From NCBI GenBank assembly GCA_964534375.1, contig CAZHPN010000031.1, positions 1 to 41,673 on the forward strand: 41,673 nucleotides of DNA. Direction: 5' to 3'. The notes under the pieces were generated by a model. The model made no database searches and was not told the DNA's origin. It was given only the letters and a program-made list of their open reading frames with translations. Below, in pieces: positions 19,487 to 28,423 of this stretch. This stretch comes from an uncultured bacterium. Its GTDB lineage: Bacteria > Lernaellota > Lernaellaia > Lernaellales > Lernaellaceae. Position numbers and translations under genes: made by a program. Every line of letters begins with the position of its first letter. Within the stretch, counting starts at the first letter, position 1.

Positions 19487-20240
19487 ACGTCTCGGCGGCG
19501 CGCTGCTGGCGTTCGTCGAGGAAACGGGCCGCGTGCTGACCACGCTCGGCGGGACGTTGCGCTGGCTGCCGCGCGCGCCGCATCGCTGGCGGCTGCTGCT
19601 CAAGCAGCTCGATTTCATCGGCGTCGAGTCGACCTTCATCATCCTGCTGACGAGCCTGTTCACCGGCGGCGTGTTTTCGCTGCAAAGCTCGAAAGCCTTT
19701 GCGATGTTCGACGCCGATATCCTGGTCGGCCCGACGGTCGTGCTCGCCCTGACGCGCGAACTCGGGCCCGTGCTGACGGCGCTGATGGTCATCGGCCGCG
19801 TCGGGTCGAGCATGGCCGCCGAGATCGGCACGATGCGCGTCACGGAGCAGATCGACGCGCTGGAGACGATGGCCGTCAACCCGTTTCACTATCTGTTCGT
19901 GCCGCGCCTCGTCGCCTCGGTGATCATGATGCCGCTGCTGACCACGCTCTTCGACTTCATCGGCACGGTCGGCAGTTACGTCGTCTGCACTCGGCTGCTG
20001 AACGTGCCGGGCACGGAATTCATCGAACAGGTCGTGTACTACGTCGATTTCAAAGACTACGGCACGGGCTTGGAAAAGGCGGCGGTCTTCGGCCTGATCA
20101 TGGCGACGATCGGCTGCTACAAAGGCTTCAACGCGACGCGCGGGGCCGAAGGCGTGGGCCGGGCGACGACCGAGAGCGTCGTGCTGGGCTCGGTGACCGT
20201 GATGATCGCCAATTATTTTCTGACGGCGTTGCTGTTCTAA
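19449..20240 (+). CDS. mlaE: MlaE family ABC transporter permease
   Basis: RELGPVLTALMVIGRVGS, AEIGTMRVTEQIDALETM and GAEGVGRATT motifs. Confidence 0.92.
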   Translation: MSNGQPVVLKPFERLGGALLAFVEETGRVLTTLGGTLRWLPRAPHRWRLLLKQLDFIGVESTFIILLTSLFTGGVFSLQSSKAFAMFDADILVGPTVVLALTRELGPVLTALMVIGRVGSSMAAEIGTMRVTEQIDALETMAVNPFHYLFVPRLVASVIMMPLLTTLFDFIGTVGSYVVCTRLLNVPGTEFIEQVVYYVDFKDYGTGLEKAAVFGLIMATIGCYKGFNATRGAEGVGRATTESVVLGSVTVMIANYFLTALLF

Positions 20241-20253
20241 CCGGGGAGGGCGC

Positions 20254-21183
20254 ATGGAAAAAATCACCTTTGTCGTCAATCCGCATGCCGCGAACGGCGC
20301 GGCGGAGAAACTCTGGCCGGGCATCGCGACGCAGGCGCGGGCGCGGCTCGGCGAATTCGCCGCCGTCTTCACGGCGCGGATGGGCCACGCGACCGAATTG
20401 GCGCGGGAGGCGGCGGCCGACGGCGCGGAGTTGGTCGTGGCCGTGGGCGGCGACGGCACGCTCAACGAAGTGGTCAACGGCCTCGTGCAGGCGGACGGCG
20501 CGCCGGTCAACCCGCGAACGGCGTTGGGGCAAATCTGCATCGGCACCGGCGGCGATTTCCGCAAGACGACGGGCCTGCCGAAAGCGCCGGCCGCGGCGCT
20601 CGAATGGCTGACCGGCGTCAAGACGAAGCCGCTCGACGTCGGGCGCCTGGAAATGACCGACCACGACGGCCGCCCGGTCCTGCGCCATTTCGTCAACATC
20701 GCCTCGTTCGGCATCGGCGGCGACGTCGACGCGCGCGTCAATCGCACGACCAAAGCCTTCGGCGGCTTCGCCTCGTTCGCCTGGGGCGCGCTCACGGCGA
20801 TGTTCGCCTACCGGAACAAACGCGTGCATCTGACGCTCGACGGCGTGGACCTCGGCGAACGCGTGATCTTCAGCGTCGCCGTCGCCAACGGCCAATATTT
20901 CGGCGGCGGGATGCACATGGCGCCGGCCGCCGATCCGCACGACGGCATGTTCGACGTGGTGATCATCGGCGACATCGGCCTCGGCGAACGGCTGGCGCAG
21001 ATGCCGAAAATCTACAAGGCCGCGCATCTCGACAACCCGAAAGTCGAGGTCTGCCGGGCAAAGAAAATCGTCGCAACGTCCGACGAGGGCGTGTATTTCG
21101 ACGTGGACGGCGAGGCCCCGGGCAAGCTGCCGGCGACGTTTACGATGCTGCCGGGCATGTTGAAATTGAAGGTCAAAGATTGA
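20254..21183 (+). CDS. Diacylglycerol/lipid kinase family protein (YegS/DAGK)
   Basis: VVNPHA, GGDGTLNEVVNG, GTGGDF, NGQYFGGG and DGE motifs. Confidence 0.92.
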   Translation: MEKITFVVNPHAANGAAEKLWPGIATQARARLGEFAAVFTARMGHATELAREAAADGAELVVAVGGDGTLNEVVNGLVQADGAPVNPRTALGQICIGTGGDFRKTTGLPKAPAAALEWLTGVKTKPLDVGRLEMTDHDGRPVLRHFVNIASFGIGGDVDARVNRTTKAFGGFASFAWGALTAMFAYRNKRVHLTLDGVDLGERVIFSVAVANGQYFGGGMHMAPAADPHDGMFDVVIIGDIGLGERLAQMPKIYKAAHLDNPKVEVCRAKKIVATSDEGVYFDVDGEAPGKLPATFTMLPGMLKLKVKD

Positions 21184-21199
21184 ACGAGGAGCCGCGATC

Positions 21200-22441
21200 G
21201 TGGCGGAAAAACTGAACGTGACGCGCAGCGAAGCGCTCTTCGCCGAGGCGCAGACGTTGATTCCGGGCGGCTGCCTGGGCATTCGGCGGCCGTACAACTT
21301 TGTGCCGGGCGAATATCCCATTTTTCTCGACCGCGCGCAGGGCGGGCGGATTTGGGATGTCGACGGCAACGTTTATGTGGATATGCTTGCGGCCTACGGC
21401 CCGATCATCCTTGGCCACCGCGAAAAGGAGATCGACGACGCGGTGATCGCGCAGATGGAAAAAGGCTTTTGCATGAGCCTCGTGCAACCGCAGCAAAACG
21501 AGTTGGCGAAAAAGTTGCGCGAGCTGATTCCGTGCGCCGAGAAGTCGATTTTCGTCAAAACGGGCAGCGACGCGACCACGACCGCCGTCCGCATCGCGCG
21601 CGGTTATACCGATCGGTTGAAGATTCTGCGGTGCGGCTATCACGGCTGGCACGATTGGTGCGTCGAACAGCGCGGCGGCGTGCCTGCGAAGCTTTACGAA
21701 GACACGCACGAATTCGAGTACAACGATCTGGCCGGCCTCGACCGCCTGCTCGAAGCGCACAAGGGCAACATTGCGGCGATCATCGTGACGCCGGTGGGGC
21801 ATCCGCTGGGGCATCCGGTGCAGGCCCCCGCGCCGGGATTTTTGGAAGGCGTGCGCGAGCGGGCAACTGCCAGCGGCGCGGTGCTGATTTTCGACGAAAT
21901 CCGCTCGGGTTTTCGCGTGTCGCTCGGCGGCGCACAAAAACGTTACGGCGTCACGCCCGACGTGGCGTGCTTCGGCAAGGCGATGGCGAACGGCTACCCG
22001 CTTGCCGCGGTGGTCGGCAAGGCGCGGTTCATGGACGTCGCGGTAAGCAAGGTTTTCATTTCCAGCACGTTTTTCCCGAATTCGCTGGAGCTGGTCGCGG
22101 CGCTCAAAACGATCGAAATTCTCGAACGCGAAAAAGCGCTCGAAGCACTCTGGGCCCGCGGCGAAAAATGGTTGGCCGAGGTGCGCGCGATCGTCGCAGC
22201 GAGCGGAGCGCCGGCGGAATTGTCGGGCATCCCGCCGATGCCGTTCATCACTTTTCCGGCCGACGCCGCGAAAAAATACAAGGAACGCCGCACACGCTTT
22301 TACACCGAACTGATCCGCCGCGGCGTGTTCCTACAGCCGTTTCATCACGGTTACATCATGGTTCGCCACACCGACAAAGACCTAGCGCAAGCGGCGAGGG
22401 CGATCGAGGAGGCGCTGGCGGTGGTGAAGAAGACTATGTAG
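21200..22441 (+). CDS. kat: Class III PLP aminotransferase, probable 3-aminobutyryl-CoA aminotransferase (Kat)
   Basis: GSA-aminomutase-like fold (DVDGN, YHGWHD, LIFDEI, FGKAMANG). PGG-LGIRRPYNFVPGEYPIF and FISSTFFPNSLE segments resemble Kat as I recall it. Abuts kamE. Confidence 0.7.
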   Translation: MAEKLNVTRSEALFAEAQTLIPGGCLGIRRPYNFVPGEYPIFLDRAQGGRIWDVDGNVYVDMLAAYGPIILGHREKEIDDAVIAQMEKGFCMSLVQPQQNELAKKLRELIPCAEKSIFVKTGSDATTTAVRIARGYTDRLKILRCGYHGWHDWCVEQRGGVPAKLYEDTHEFEYNDLAGLDRLLEAHKGNIAAIIVTPVGHPLGHPVQAPAPGFLEGVRERATASGAVLIFDEIRSGFRVSLGGAQKRYGVTPDVACFGKAMANGYPLAAVVGKARFMDVAVSKVFISSTFFPNSLELVAALKTIEILEREKALEALWARGEKWLAEVRAIVAASGAPAELSGIPPMPFITFPADAAKKYKERRTRFYTELIRRGVFLQPFHHGYIMVRHTDKDLAQAARAIEEALAVVKKTM

Positions 22442-23204
22442 TCGCGGCCAACCGCCGCCGTTCGATCAATTTTTCGATGATGAATCCCGCGACGTGTTCG
22501 GCGTACGAGCCGGGGCCGAACCCGGCGTCGTAGCCGAGTTCGCGGGCCAGTTTGTGGTCGATGCGCGGGCCGCCGCAGATGAGAATGACCCGCTCGCGCA
22601 CGCCGGCCGCTTCGAGCAGTTCGACCAGGCGCGTCAGGTTCTGCTTGTGGAAGCCGCGCTGCGTGACCACCTGGCTGACCAGCGCCGCGTCGGCTTTTTT
22701 CTCGACGATGACGTCGAGCAGCCGCTCCGGCGGCACCTGCGCGCCGAGGTTCCAGGCGTCGATCATCGCATAGCGTTCGAGGCCGTAATGGCCGTGGTAG
22801 CCCTTCATGTTCATGATCGCGTCGATGCCGACGGTGTGCGCGTCGGCGCCGATGCAGGCCCCGACGACGACGAGTTTGCGGCCGAACACGCGGCGGATTT
22901 TTTCGTCCGCCGCCTCGCGGGTGATGGCGTTGGTCTCGATCTTTTCGACGCGAATTTGCGTCACGTCGACGGATTCGCGGGTGTGGCCGTAGACGATGAA
23001 AAACGAATAGCCGCCCAGATCCTCGCCGTGGACGACCGCCGGGTCGCGCAGGCCCAGCTTGCGCGCGAGCTGCCGCGCGGCCTCGGCCGACTCCGGCGAA
23101 TACGGCACGGGCAGAGTGAAACTCATCTGCACGGCGCCGTCGCCGAGGTCGTCGCCGTAGGGGCGGACCTTCGTCGGGTCAAGCAGTTTCGGGCCGTCGG
23201 GCAT
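22434..23204 (-). CDS. kamE: Lysine 5,6-aminomutase beta subunit (B12-binding)
   Basis: VRPYGD...DG.VQMSFTLP N-domain, DAHTVGIDAIMNMKG (DxHxxG plus PLP Lys), GYDAGFGPG. Confidence 0.93.
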   Translation of the reverse strand: MPDGPKLLDPTKVRPYGDDLGDGAVQMSFTLPVPYSPESAEAARQLARKLGLRDPAVVHGEDLGGYSFFIVYGHTRESVDVTQIRVEKIETNAITREAADEKIRRVFGRKLVVVGACIGADAHTVGIDAIMNMKGYHGHYGLERYAMIDAWNLGAQVPPERLLDVIVEKKADAALVSQVVTQRGFHKQNLTRLVELLEAAGVRERVILICGGPRIDHKLARELGYDAGFGPGSYAEHVAGFIIEKLIERRRLAATT

Positions 23205-24744
23205 CGATCTTCTCCGCGAGGAGGTCGTACAGCGGGTTGACGTAATCCGGGCTCTTGGGCACGACGCCGTCCTTGCCCTTGCCGCCTTCGGGCGGGCGCT
23301 GGATGTCGGCGAAACGGCCGGCGGCGATGGCCGCAAACAGGCCCTCGCGCGCGACGCCTTCGAGCATGGCGATCGCCTGGTCGAGCACCTCGGCGCCGCG
23401 CCGGACGATCCACGAATCGCGGCCGAGTTCGAGGTTCTCGCCCAGGTGCCGCGCCGCGTGAAAGGTCAGCCGCGCGTTCTTGATCGCCAACGCGCGATCC
23501 ATCAGGTACGGCGTGTGCATCGCCTCGGTCAGCATGCCGAGCAACTGGATGCTCTGCCCGGTCGCGACGCCGATCAGGTTGAACAGCGTGTGCAGCGCGT
23601 AGCCGCGGAAGATGTCGCCGGTCATGTGCTTGGTCGGCGGCATGTACTTGATCGGATGGTCAGGGAACACCTCGCGAATGAGCAGCGCCTGCGCCAGATC
23701 GTACAAGAAGGCGTCGGGCACGGCCGGGTTGACCTCAAACGCGTGGCCGAGGCCGATTTGCGCGGGCGGCAGCCCGGCGGCGAGCGCGAACCGTTCGTTG
23801 ATCAGGTCGCTGGCGAGCACGGTGTGCCCGGCTTCGATCGCGTCGGCGGTGGTCAGATAGTTGTCTTCGCCGGTGTTGATTACGATGTGGGCGTACGCGC
23901 TGATCATCCGCGAAAAATGCTGGTCGACGAACGTGCGCGCCGGGTTGATGTCGCGAAAGAGCACACCGTACATCGAATCGTTGAGCATCATGTCCAGGCG
24001 TTCGAGCGCGCCCATCGCCGCGATTTCCGGCATGCACAAGCCCGAAGCGTAGTTCACCAGTTGGACATAGCGGCCGACCTCGCGGCTGACCGCGTCCAGC
24101 GCCTCGCGCATGATGCGGAAATTGGCCTGCGTGGCGTAGGTGCCGCCGAAGCCCTCGACCGTCACGCCCTCGGGCACGTAATCGAGCAGGCTCTGCGCGG
24201 TGCTGCGGATCACCGCAATGATGTCCGCGCCTTGCCGCGCCGCCATCTGCGCCTGCACGACGTCCTCGTGAATATTGCCGGTGGCGACAATGACATAGAG
24301 CCACGGCTGCGGACCCTGGCCGAGCGTCGCGACGAAATCTTCGCGGGCCTTGATCTGCTCGTCGATGCGGCGCAGACCCGCGCGCAGCAGGCGCTCGGCG
24401 TGGGTCCGCGCGGCCTGCGGGTCGGCCGGGCGATACTTGCGCAGGTCGATCACCTTGAGCGACACGCGGCGCGCCAGTTCGGCCAGGCTCATCTGGCAAT
24501 CGCGGGCCGCCGCGGCGACCAGCGGCGCTAGGCCCTCGCCAAGCCGCGCCTTCAGGTGCGTGACCAGGACATTGGGGTAGGGCACGCCCTCGTCGGTGGC
24601 GCCTTCGAGGCCCATCAGGCGCAACGTGGCGCGTTCGACGCTGTCGGTGGTGTGCCGCTGGATTTGCGCGAGCACGGGCTCGACGATGGCCACGGCCAAG
24701 TCGCGGGCGCGGGCGATCTTCGTCGGCGGCAAATCCAGGTGCAT
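23179..24744 (-). CDS. kamD: Lysine 5,6-aminomutase alpha subunit
   Basis: YVIVATGNIHED, IRSTAQSLLDYVP, NYASGLCMPEIA, NTGEDNYLTTADA and KYMPPTK motifs. Confidence 0.93.
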   Translation of the reverse strand: MHLDLPPTKIARARDLAVAIVEPVLAQIQRHTTDSVERATLRLMGLEGATDEGVPYPNVLVTHLKARLGEGLAPLVAAAARDCQMSLAELARRVSLKVIDLRKYRPADPQAARTHAERLLRAGLRRIDEQIKAREDFVATLGQGPQPWLYVIVATGNIHEDVVQAQMAARQGADIIAVIRSTAQSLLDYVPEGVTVEGFGGTYATQANFRIMREALDAVSREVGRYVQLVNYASGLCMPEIAAMGALERLDMMLNDSMYGVLFRDINPARTFVDQHFSRMISAYAHIVINTGEDNYLTTADAIEAGHTVLASDLINERFALAAGLPPAQIGLGHAFEVNPAVPDAFLYDLAQALLIREVFPDHPIKYMPPTKHMTGDIFRGYALHTLFNLIGVATGQSIQLLGMLTEAMHTPYLMDRALAIKNARLTFHAARHLGENLELGRDSWIVRRGAEVLDQAIAMLEGVAREGLFAAIAAGRFADIQRPPEGGKGKDGVVPKSPDYVNPLYDLLAEKIDARRPETA

Positions 24745-24864
24745 AAAATAACCTCAATAACGCACACATGCCATAATAATCAATGTACGGGCCGCGACGG
24801 GCTGGGTCAACTGTCGCCGGCGGCGACCGCGCCGCACGATTATTTGCCATCGTGCTTCTGCGGC

Positions 24865-24893
24865 TTGACGGTCGCGCCGCAAACGTTTATTCA
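24865..24893 (+). promoter_or_regulatory. Candidate sigma-70 promoter for the porin-cytochrome operon
   Basis: TTGACG-N17-TATTCA about 55 nt upstream of the porin ORF. Confidence 0.4.
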
Positions 24894-24947
24894 AAGAGCA
24901 AGTTTCGCGCACACGGTCAAAATTTTTCGTCCGAAGAAGGGTGACAG

Positions 24948-26288
24948 ATGCCTTGTCCAACAAGCCGGGCGGTCGCCTTGCGGGAACGGCCGGGGCCGCG
25001 GGCGCCGGGGCGCCGCGCGTTTTGGCTGGTGTGGCTGCTGGCGGCGGCGCTGCTGCTCGACGGCGCGGCCGCGTTGGCGGCCGACGTCGCGGGCACGACG
25101 ATGACGATTCCGTATTACTATACGGAAACCTTGCAGAACAAGGAGAAGAGCTATCTGTCGCTCTACGAGTTCGTGGACGTCAGCGCGGCCAACCTGGGCG
25201 CCGACCACCTCGACATCTATTTCTCCGGGTGGGGCCGCGGCGACGTGCTGAGCAAAATGGACACGACGTACCATTCGCTCGGCGATGCGCAACTCGATTC
25301 GCTGTATGTGCGGTGGCACGACGACCGCAACATCATCGACGTGTCTGCGGGCCGGCGGCTGACGACGATCGGCGACGTCAACGAGCAGATTGACGGCGCG
25401 CAGTTCCAGTTTCAGCCGATCGAGCAATTCGGCATTCAAGGCTTCGGCGGCGTCCCGGTGTTCTCGAAGACCGGCGATTACGCGGGCAACTACTGCTACG
25501 GCGGCCGGATTTACGGCGCGTATCGGCCGTATTTCGAAATCGGCGTTTCGGGCGCGAGCTTCATCGAGAATCACGCGCCGGACCGGCTGTTCATCGGGCC
25601 GGACCTGATCATCACGCCGGCGAGCCGTGTCGATATTCTCGGCCACCTCTACTACGATTTCCTCTACTCCTCGATCTTCGACGCCGCCGGGTCGGTTGTC
25701 GTGCGGCCGATGACGGACATGAAGGTGCTCGCGCGCTGGGAGCGGGTGATGCCCTCGGCGTACCTCGGCATGAGTTCGTTTTTCTCGGTCTTTACCTTCG
25801 AGACGATCGACAAGATCGAAGGCGAGTGGAAATACATTGCGGCCAATCGCGTGGCCCTCGGGGCCGAGTACGACAACTACCAATACGACAACGCGCGGTC
25901 GGGCAACCGCTTCGGCGGCTCGGTCGGCCCGCTCTGGGGCGAAAAGCGCGAAAACTCGTTCAACGTGGGGCTCTACAAGCTGGACCGCTCCGACAACGGT
26001 TATCTCGAAGGCCGCGCGTATCTCTATCAGGACATCGTGAAAAAGGCGTACATCGCGCTCGACGGCATCTACTACAAGCTCGATCGCTCGATCGACAAAG
26101 TCAGCGAGGGCTTCGAAGGCGACGGCACGATCGGCTATCATATCATCAAGGATCTGGATCTGCAGGCCTCGGGCATTTATCTCTCGAGCCCTTACTACCG
26201 ATCCGATGTGCGCGGCCTGATGAAGCTTTCGTACAATTTCGGCACGCCGCCGCAACTGAATCCGGGTGAAATTTATGCGAAACGATAG
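24948..26288 (+). CDS. Outer-membrane beta-barrel (ExtB-like porin of a porin-cytochrome complex)
   Basis: Signal peptide, Tyr/Gly/aromatic-rich amphipathic strands, FSGWGRGD, C-terminal LSYNF. Directly upstream of multiheme cytochromes. Start codon uncertain. Confidence 0.8.
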   Translation: MPCPTSRAVALRERPGPRAPGRRAFWLVWLLAAALLLDGAAALAADVAGTTMTIPYYYTETLQNKEKSYLSLYEFVDVSAANLGADHLDIYFSGWGRGDVLSKMDTTYHSLGDAQLDSLYVRWHDDRNIIDVSAGRRLTTIGDVNEQIDGAQFQFQPIEQFGIQGFGGVPVFSKTGDYAGNYCYGGRIYGAYRPYFEIGVSGASFIENHAPDRLFIGPDLIITPASRVDILGHLYYDFLYSSIFDAAGSVVVRPMTDMKVLARWERVMPSAYLGMSSFFSVFTFETIDKIEGEWKYIAANRVALGAEYDNYQYDNARSGNRFGGSVGPLWGEKRENSFNVGLYKLDRSDNGYLEGRAYLYQDIVKKAYIALDGIYYKLDRSIDKVSEGFEGDGTIGYHIIKDLDLQASGIYLSSPYYRSDVRGLMKLSYNFGTPPQLNPGEIYAKR

Positions 26289-27321
26289 CCGATTATTGGT
26301 GCTCGCCGCGGCGCTGACGGCCCTCCTCATCGGGCGCGCGGCGTGGGTCTACGGCGGTGCGGCGGGGCCCGCGTTTTCGCACAAAATGCACCTCGACCGC
26401 GGCACGGCCTGCCTCGATTGCCACCAGGACACGCTGACCGACCACGGCCGGGCGCGCGTTCTGCCGCAGATGGCGTCGTGCGGCAAATGCCACGACATCA
26501 AAGACCACTGCGAGAAATGCCACGTCGATCCGAAGACCAAACGCCCCTGGACGCCGGTCAATCGGCGCGACATTTTCCTGCATTCGGAACACCAGCCTTC
26601 GCTGGCGAACTGCCAGACCTGCCACGTCGCCGATCTCGACAAAAAGCCGTACGTCGCCGGCGGCCACAGGGCCTGCGGCGCATGCCACGAGGAAAACATC
26701 AAGGGCCTGCAATGCGCCAAGTGCCATTACAGCATGGCGGACGCCGGGCTCAGCGTCTGGAACCAATTCCGCCACACGGACAACTTCCTGCGCGAGCACC
26801 CCGACTACGCCCGGCGCGGCGCGCGGACCTGCGCGCAATGCCATCGCGAGGCCTACTGCCTCGATTGTCACAGCAAGAAGGCGGGGTTGAAGGTCGAACT
26901 GAAATTCCCGGAAGCCGTGACCCGCAACTTCATTCACCGCGGCGATTATCTGACCTTGCACGCCCTCGAAGCGAAGACCGACAGCGCCGGCTGCGTGCAA
27001 TGCCACTCGCTGAAGGAGTGCGCGGCCTGCCACCGCAAAGACGGCGTCATCTCGTCGAATTCGAAATATTTCTTCGGCCATCCGGCCGGCTTCATGACCA
27101 AGGGCAGCGCCAATTTCCACGGCGACGCGGCGCGCCGCGACATCGTCGGCTGCGCGACCTGCCATCACGGCCGCGGGCCGGGCTACTGCGTCGATTGCCA
27201 TAACCCATCGACGGGCGTGCAGACGCATCCGAACGGCTGGCAATCGCGCGTGCGCGGGATGAATATCCACGACAAGATGTGCTGGACCTGCCACCAGCAC
27301 AGCACGGGAGGCGGCCAATGA
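26266..27321 (+). CDS. Periplasmic multiheme cytochrome c (13 CxxCH, ExtA-like)
   Basis: Counted CLDCH, CGKCH, CEKCH, CQTCH, CGACH, CAKCH, CAQCH, CLDCH, CVQCH, CAACH, CATCH, CVDCH, CWTCH. Signal peptide and HRGDYLTLH segment. Confidence 0.92.
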   Translation: MKFMRNDSRLLVLAAALTALLIGRAAWVYGGAAGPAFSHKMHLDRGTACLDCHQDTLTDHGRARVLPQMASCGKCHDIKDHCEKCHVDPKTKRPWTPVNRRDIFLHSEHQPSLANCQTCHVADLDKKPYVAGGHRACGACHEENIKGLQCAKCHYSMADAGLSVWNQFRHTDNFLREHPDYARRGARTCAQCHREAYCLDCHSKKAGLKVELKFPEAVTRNFIHRGDYLTLHALEAKTDSAGCVQCHSLKECAACHRKDGVISSNSKYFFGHPAGFMTKGSANFHGDAARRDIVGCATCHHGRGPGYCVDCHNPSTGVQTHPNGWQSRVRGMNIHDKMCWTCHQHSTGGGQ

Positions 27322-28088
27322 CCCGGCTGCAATCGGGCGCGCGCTTTCTGCCGTCGGTCGCGCTGGCGCTGTTCGTCGCCGGCGCCGTTTTGGGCTCGGT
27401 GATTTTGCCGTCCTGTTCCAAGCCGAATTCCAACGCCTTCACGGGCGCCACGACGCCGGTCGGCGCGGGGTCGATTTTCCCGCACCCGGCGAATTTTCAG
27501 GACCCCAAACTTCACGGTATCTACGCGATCGCCAACGGCACGGCGGGCTGCGCCGTCTGTCACGGCGCCAATTACCAGGGCAGTTGGACGAAGGTGTCGT
27601 GTTACAGTTGCCACCGCCTGTATCCGCATCCGGCCGGCTACCAGAACCCGTTGATACACGGCGCCGACTACCTCGCGAACAACGCCTCATGTGCGACGCT
27701 CTGCCACGGGTCGGACCTCGAAGGCGGCGACTCCGGCGTCGCGTGCGCAAGTTGCCACCCGTTGTATCCGCACCGCAACGGCTGGTCCAACGTTTATTCG
27801 CACGGCATCACTACGGTCGAGCTCGGCGGACCGCAAAACTGCGCCACCACCTGCCACGGCACGAATTTCAAGGGTGGCAATTCGATGGTTTCCTGTTTCG
27901 AATGCCACGCGATCTATCCGCATGCCGAGGGGTGGGTCTCCGGCGCCCAGCACGGCGCCTACGTGCAGGCCAACGGCTTCGGCCCGTGCTCGACCACCTG
28001 CCACGGCAGCTTCCTCGAAGGCGGCCTGAGCGGCGTCTCGTGTTACGCGTGCCACCCGAACGGCTTCGGCAACTTGAAGAAACGATGA
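27318..28088 (+). CDS. Lipoprotein multiheme cytochrome c (5 CxxCH + 3 CxxxCH, ExtC/D-like)
   Basis: ILPSC lipobox-like site. Four tandem PH..HG..C(x2-3)CHG...VSCxxCH units. ATGA overlap with the previous gene. Confidence 0.9.
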   Translation: MTRLQSGARFLPSVALALFVAGAVLGSVILPSCSKPNSNAFTGATTPVGAGSIFPHPANFQDPKLHGIYAIANGTAGCAVCHGANYQGSWTKVSCYSCHRLYPHPAGYQNPLIHGADYLANNASCATLCHGSDLEGGDSGVACASCHPLYPHRNGWSNVYSHGITTVELGGPQNCATTCHGTNFKGGNSMVSCFECHAIYPHAEGWVSGAQHGAYVQANGFGPCSTTCHGSFLEGGLSGVSCYACHPNGFGNLKKR

Positions 28089-28091
28089 CCG

Positions 28092-28366
28092 AACCGCGAA
28101 CGGATGGGATGGAACCGCGGATGAGTGGACGGGGTTTAACCGCGAATGCCCGCGAATGCCCGCGAATAATAACTGATTAAGAGCGATTCGTTTGGATTTG
28201 CATTTGTTCGCGGCCCACTATTTCCGATTGTTTCGTGCTTATGCGCGCGCATTCGTGTGCATTCGCGGTTGATGCCCAAATCCTGCCCAACCATATTCGC
28301 GTGCATTCGCGTGTGTTCGCGGTCAAAAAAACAAAACCTGCCGAACCCCCGGGCGCCTTCGCGGTT
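28092..28366. repeat. Nested inverted decamer repeat element (CGCGAATGCC / ATTCGCGTGC)
   Basis: AACCGCGAATGCC-CGCGAATGCC-CGCGAAT (28138-28167). Inverted triplets at 28241-28270 and 28295-28324. Extra AACCGCG/CGCGGTT ends at 28092, 28113 and ~28360. Confidence 0.85.
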
Positions 28367-28423
28367 GATTCATTTCGCGGTCTCCCTATGATAGGCGGCG
28401 TCGTCCAACGGAACGGAGAACCC

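Noticed and set aside
21200..22441. Annotation as hemL (glutamate-1-semialdehyde aminomutase)
   Set aside because: Lacks the HemL PGGVNSPVRAF signature and has no heme-biosynthesis context.
24745..24947. Lysine or cobalamin riboswitch upstream of kamD
   Set aside because: No recognisable B12-box or L-box consensus. The short spacer is shared with a divergent promoter. An Infernal scan would be decisive.
28235..28423. N-terminal extension of the 616-aa ORF (RAHSCAFAV...RVHSRVFAV)
   Set aside because: It is a translation of the non-coding decamer repeat. A better start with an RBS lies at 28424.
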